The notes under the pieces are model-generated. The model was not told the DNA's origin. It made no database searches and saw nothing but the letters and a program-made list of their open reading frames with translations. Position numbers and translations under genes: made by a program. This document shows, one piece after another, positions 58,833 through 64,000 of a DNA stretch of 64,000 nucleotides. The first letter of the stretch is position 1; each line of letters begins with the position of its first letter. This stretch comes from Octopus bimaculoides. Its lineage: Eukaryota. The stretch covers positions 28,880,575-28,944,574 of the forward strand of contig NC_068996.1 of the NCBI RefSeq assembly GCF_001194135.2, given 5' to 3'.

Positions 58833-61249
58833 CTTTTTTTTTTTTAAACCAAAGAAGAATAAAAAAAGTAATGATTTCTTTTGTTTTAAATGATAATAAA
58901 AATATTTTCTTTTCTTGCCACAAGGGCAACAGATAGAAACAAAGACAATTTGTAAATTCAGGTGTTTTATGTCAAGAAGAAAAAACATAAATGAAATGAA
59001 ATAATGTGAAATATATGTAAAAGACAACTTTATACACACACACACACATATATCACATACACACGTGTAATTTAGTAGTTAGGGTGTTGGGTTCACAACA
59101 CAAAGTGGTGCACAGTATCCTTGAAAAGGCCCTTCATTTCACAGTTGCCCCTTTCTACTCAGTTGAAAATGAGTACTAGCTTTCTCTCCCTCTCACATCT
59201 TTGATACTCTGTTGGGTTATATGTAGGAGGACTGAGAGATGGTCTATGTCTATTTGCGACCACACAGGCACCTAAAACAATTAGTGAAAGCAAATCAGGC
59301 CATTCCACAAATCCCCACTTAATCTTCAGCTCCATAGCAAATTCCTTCTCTCTATTGAACTTACAGATAAAAACTGAGTAAATCCATCCAATCATATTGA
59401 ACTTGCTACTCTGAACCATCTGTAAGTGAATTTATTTGAATGTAACACTTCTCTTGCTACTCTTATTTTCTGCTTCCAGTGGTACTTGGAAACAGAGAGG
59501 AGAAGCATCCTCCTACGTTTGTTTGTTTTTTCCCCCCGTTAAACCACCAGACATAGTGCCTATGCTTCCTTGGTCATAGAAGGCAGCAGGACAGTTTTTA
59601 CAATGAACTCAAATGATTAAATCCATTCTGCAAGTCAGCAATTCTTGGTCACCAGGTATCTATCTTCTGTAAGTACAAAGCTATCTACTGCAAAGGCTGC
59701 AAAAATATGTAATAAAGAAAGAAGATGAGCTAGTACAAATACCTACAAATCATGAACAAAAATGAAAAGCTTTTCTGTCTTTAATGTGGCCAACAAATGT
59801 AAAGAGAGGGTGGGGTAATACAGATATAGGAAAATGGAAAGCTATTTTTAAAATGTCATACTAAGACACCAACAACAAAAGTTTCCAAAAGTCACAATAT
59901 CTGACAAGATTGACCAAAGTGAAAGTGAATAAAGAAAAAAACTCAGCACAGGCTGAGAAGTGCAGGATTAAGGTGCAAGACTAAAGCCTTTCCAGAGAAA
60001 CTACATAAAAGTATAAAGTTCAATAGAAAAAGTAACTGTAATTTGCATAAGTTGTGAAGAAAAATTGGCATAGTATGTATATATGTAGGCATGCAGGGGC
60101 ACAATGATGTTTGAGTGTTTATATATTGGAACTTATGTTAGAACTGTGATGTACCAACACACACACTCTCTTTCTCTCACACACACCAAAATGTTTCTGA
60201 GATAGATAAGGTAACAATAGTCTGCAGCATCATCCAAATATTGTTGTTAAAGATCATCAGGAAAACAAATATCACCTTCTTATCGATGTACTAACATTCT
60301 CTAAAAGACTTTAACTTGAAAATAATATTGTGAAGGTCTCAAAATGTCAGACCAATAGATTTCAGGAACATTACTTTTTCAATCCAAACATAAAAGACTA
60401 ATAAAGAAACAAACTTGAACAAAATTGTGTTTCTAATAAGTACTGGATGGTTTGACAGAAGGTAGGAAGCCAGAGGACTGTGCCAAGCTCTACTGTCTGA
60501 TTTGGTATGGTTTCTATGGCTGGATGCCCTTCATAATGCCAACCACTTTTCAAAATGTTGGCTGGGTCCTTTTTTAATGATATCCCCATTGAAGTCACCA
60601 AATAATTTGCAAGACAAGACTCTTCAAATGAGGTAAGGATTAGTATTGTATGAGGTGGTTTTGTTGCAGGTGCTGTGAAACTAGAGTATGATAGAGGGAC
60701 AAAAAAATGTCTTGCAATACAGGAGGTAAATGGCTACCCTAGTGGAAAAGGAGAGAGAGAGAAAGAGAAAATGAAGAAATGTTGGTACATGCCCTTTGTT
60801 ACATGGAGGTATATATAAATGAAGAGATACAGAAGTTTGGATAGGATGAATAAGCAAATGAGTGTGGGAAATAAAGGGGAGATGAATTCAGGGAGTGAAC
60901 ATAGGTGGAGGGAGGAGGTTTTAGAAAGATAAGTTGTGAGCAAAAGAGACTTGTCAGGAGCAAAGTGAGTGCAGGTTAATTTGAAAGAGTGCAAAAGGAG
61001 GGTGGGAGATAGAGGGTAGTGGGATGCAGTGAGAGGTGAACATGGGTGGAATGAAGAAGTGTTAGAAAGATGAGAGGGACAGAGACATGAATAAGGCACC
61101 TTTTAGGGCCTCATTTTTATTTAGATGGATGGGTCTTCTCAAGCACAGCAAATTGCCAATCATTTCCTTTATAGGAAGGTCATTTTTAGCCACTTTGTTC
61201 TGTCTTCCTGGGCTTATCTCTTCCACAGGTTCCTTCCATATTCAGGTAA

Positions 61250-62830
61250 TGATACTTCTTTATGCAGCTATCCCCATCCATATGCATCACATGACCATAT
61301 CGGCATAATCTTCTCTCTTGCATACTACATCTAATGCCTCTTGTGCCTAATTTCTATTTCATCACATTTACACTTAGTTGTACATGCACACTAACACTGT
61401 ACATTCTGCTGAACATTTCTTTCAAGCCTTCACAAATCATCCATCCACATTCACTGCCCATGTTTCACTACATTGCTGTTCAAACACAAGCATCATACAA
61501 TGAGCCTTTCACTCTGAGGGAGAGGCTCTTTGTTAACAACAAAAGTAATAGCTCTCTGAACTTTTCTTGGTCAGGTCTGATTCTAGTGACCAAGCTTGCA
61601 GAACATCCTCCCCCATGCTAAATGGGTCACCTAAACAAAAACTATCCACTATCTCATTGATCTGCATGGGTATTTGCAGAAATCTATTTCTCATATGTTA
61701 GTGTTTTTTGTTCCTGCACATCTGCCACTCACAAAGACCATTTTCTCTATTAACAATTCTGTGATTCCACAGCACCTCTTATATGTTCTTAGCTTGCACT
61801 TGATACACTGTATGGAATTTCTACCAATAACTTTTTCTACATATTGAGCAGGACCATTTTCCTGAATGGATAAGTAATTTGTCTGCTTTCCTGTTTACTA
61901 GGATTTGGGTCTTTGCAAGGTTAACTCTTAAGTCCTTCAATTCCAGATCTGAATTCTATTATAGATTCAGTTATAAGAAAAAGGTTATTAGAAGAGCTAC
62001 CATGGACACTCAGTCTTAAACTACGCTGTTATAGTCTGGGGGATTATGATAAATAAGGGGTGCTGAGAACTGAGACATGGTGAACTCTTACCTACACGCT
62101 AAGTTCCTTGTAATACTCATTGTTGACTTTCACCTTAATGACAGCATCCCTGTACATGACTTGGATGGCTCTCAGCAGCTATTCATCTAATGCTAGCTTC
62201 TGCATTGATCACCAGATGAGAGAGTGAGGGACCCTGTTGAAGCTTTTCTCCACATAATCAAATGCCAGCACAGTAGTTTATTTTTGGCTAAATGCTTCTC
62301 CTGAAGTTGCCTTACTGAGAAAATAAGATCAGTAATGCTTTTCCCTGGCATAAAACCAAACTGCATCTCAAGGTTCACTCTCTTTGTAATTTGTTGTGTG
62401 ACGACCCTGTCTGTAAATTTCGTGACCAGATTCAATAATTTGATACCTCTGTAGTTACTTCTGTCTAAGGCAACTTTGTAAGGCAATATTGACTATAATG
62501 CTGTTACACAAGTCATTGCGTATGACATCCTGGGCAATCTGATAACTTATGCAGGAGACTTAAGCTGTATCCCATTCCACCAATTATTTTAAGCATTTCA
62601 GCAGTATTTCCTGACGTACCAGGGGCTTTCCCTGTCTTCATATCCTTAAATACCTTATCTGCAATACTGCTATTAACTACGATAGATGGTCTCTCTGTTA
62701 GGTCTACATTAGGAAGACTCTCTTTCTCTTATGCATTCTTCGTGTTTAGCAACCTTTCATAGTAGCACTACTATGTCTCTTTCTTTTCAGAATCACTAAG
62801 TGTATTATCATCCATCTCTACACACTTCTC
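61250..62830 (-). mobile_element. Decayed RTE-type LINE (RT region)
   Basis: Track ORF 62193..62486 DRSNYRGIKLL...MQFGFMPGKSITDLIFSVRQLQEKHLAKNK, followed by degenerate zinc finger and thumb segments. Confidence 0.8.
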
Positions 62831-63965
62831 TCTTACACCATCATGATTTTAGGTAGTGTGTGTATATATAATGTGTGTGTGTGTGTATGACAAAGTACAA
62901 ATGTGCTGAGCATAAGAAGAATCAGATGTAACATGCAAGAGAAAAGGCTATGATGGTCTGGACATGTGATGCACATGAAAGCTGTATAAAGAAGTGCCAA
63001 TCACTCTAAGTGGATGGTACCTGTAGAAGGAAACCTAGGAAGACAAGGGATGTAGTGAGAGCCAGAACTGTGTATTCCATCAACATGCAACATCCACACA
63101 CCCCATCCCAATGAGCCAAACTACATCTCTTCTTCATGCACTATGCTTGTCTCTTCCCAAACTCCTGCAGCCTATGCTGCTCTGTCATCTCTCTCATCCT
63201 TCGTGCTGCCAACTTTATCATTGCTATCCTGTAACCCACTAGATAGTCAAGTTTCACCACTCACTGCATTTCCCTTTCCCTCTCCTGTCACCCTCAACAC
63301 ACTCATGAACTCCCTGCCCATGCACCGTCTAATTCTCTACCACTCCATTTACATTCACCTCCTTGCATCTTGGTGGTACGCTGGGCACATCGCCACCATC
63401 TCTATCTCTCCAACTGGGGTAACCATGTATTTCCTCTACAGCAAGACACCTATTTCTGTCCCTCTGTCATAGTTTAACCTCTCATCACTCGACACAAAGC
63501 CATCTCACTCACTACTACTCTCCCTCTCAGTTGAGGGATCTTTGTCTTGCAAGTTACTTGGTGACCTAACTGGTGCTGGTGCCACATAAAAAGCACCCAG
63601 CACACTCTGTAAAGTGGTTGGTGTTAGAAAGGGCATCCAGCTGCAGAAACCAAGCCAAAGCAGACAATAGAGCTTGGCATAGTCCTTGGACTTACCAGTT
63701 CCTATCTAACTGTCCCACCCATGCTAGCATGGAAGACAGATGTTAAATGATGATGATGATATATACATATATATGGGCAAGTTAGGTTAACATCAAAGAA
63801 GAAAAAGATTGTGGAAATTCTGAGATGAGCTGATACTTGCTGATACTGGAAAGAGAAGAAAGAGATTTTGTCTCTTGCTGTATGCTTATGTTCTGCCTCT
63901 CCAAGATATGGTTCTGATTAATATTTCATAGGCACAAGAATATATCTCATGCTTTAGTGTACAAA

Positions 63966-64000
<35 letters not shown>

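Noticed and set aside
58833-59045. 71-aa N-terminal extension of the RING ORF
   Set aside because: Low-complexity A/T-rich sequence starting in a (TG)n tract. MDEQ matches the usual POSH start.
59230-59720. Unique-looking sequence upstream of the ATG as a 5' UTR exon or promoter
   Set aside because: No CpG island, convincing splice pair or recognisable ORF. The transcription start cannot be placed from the sequence and may lie outside the window.

Overview
AT-rich (eukaryotic) genomic DNA with seven N gaps, abundant (TA)n/(CA)n/(GAT)n microsatellites, and a repeat landscape of RTE-type LINEs, (GAT)n-tailed and tRNA-derived SINEs, mariners and MITEs. This suggests an octopus short-read scaffold; the species is an inference. 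One protein-coding gene spans most of the window on the minus strand: an SH3RF/POSH E3 ubiquitin ligase (RING plus 4 SH3). I traced 11 coding exons by hand from ATG 58832 to stop 8470, about 814 aa. The reading frame does not join across the 27824/24840 junction with canonical splice sites. The introns hold many decayed mobile elements (mariner x2, Tc1-like, Ty3/Gypsy with two LTRs, RLE-type and RTE LINEs, hAT and piggyBac MITEs, SINEs). The most unusual items are: (1) a candidate hammerhead ribozyme at 27401-27462 whose three strands are in non-circularly permuted order; (2) a degenerate Penelope-type type I hammerhead at about 6680-6765; (3) a ~1.07 kb compound inverted repeat at 51544-52618 that contains a cryptic frameshifting exon. 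Everything was read and aligned by eye. No database searches or folding programs were run, and most repeat boundaries are approximate.
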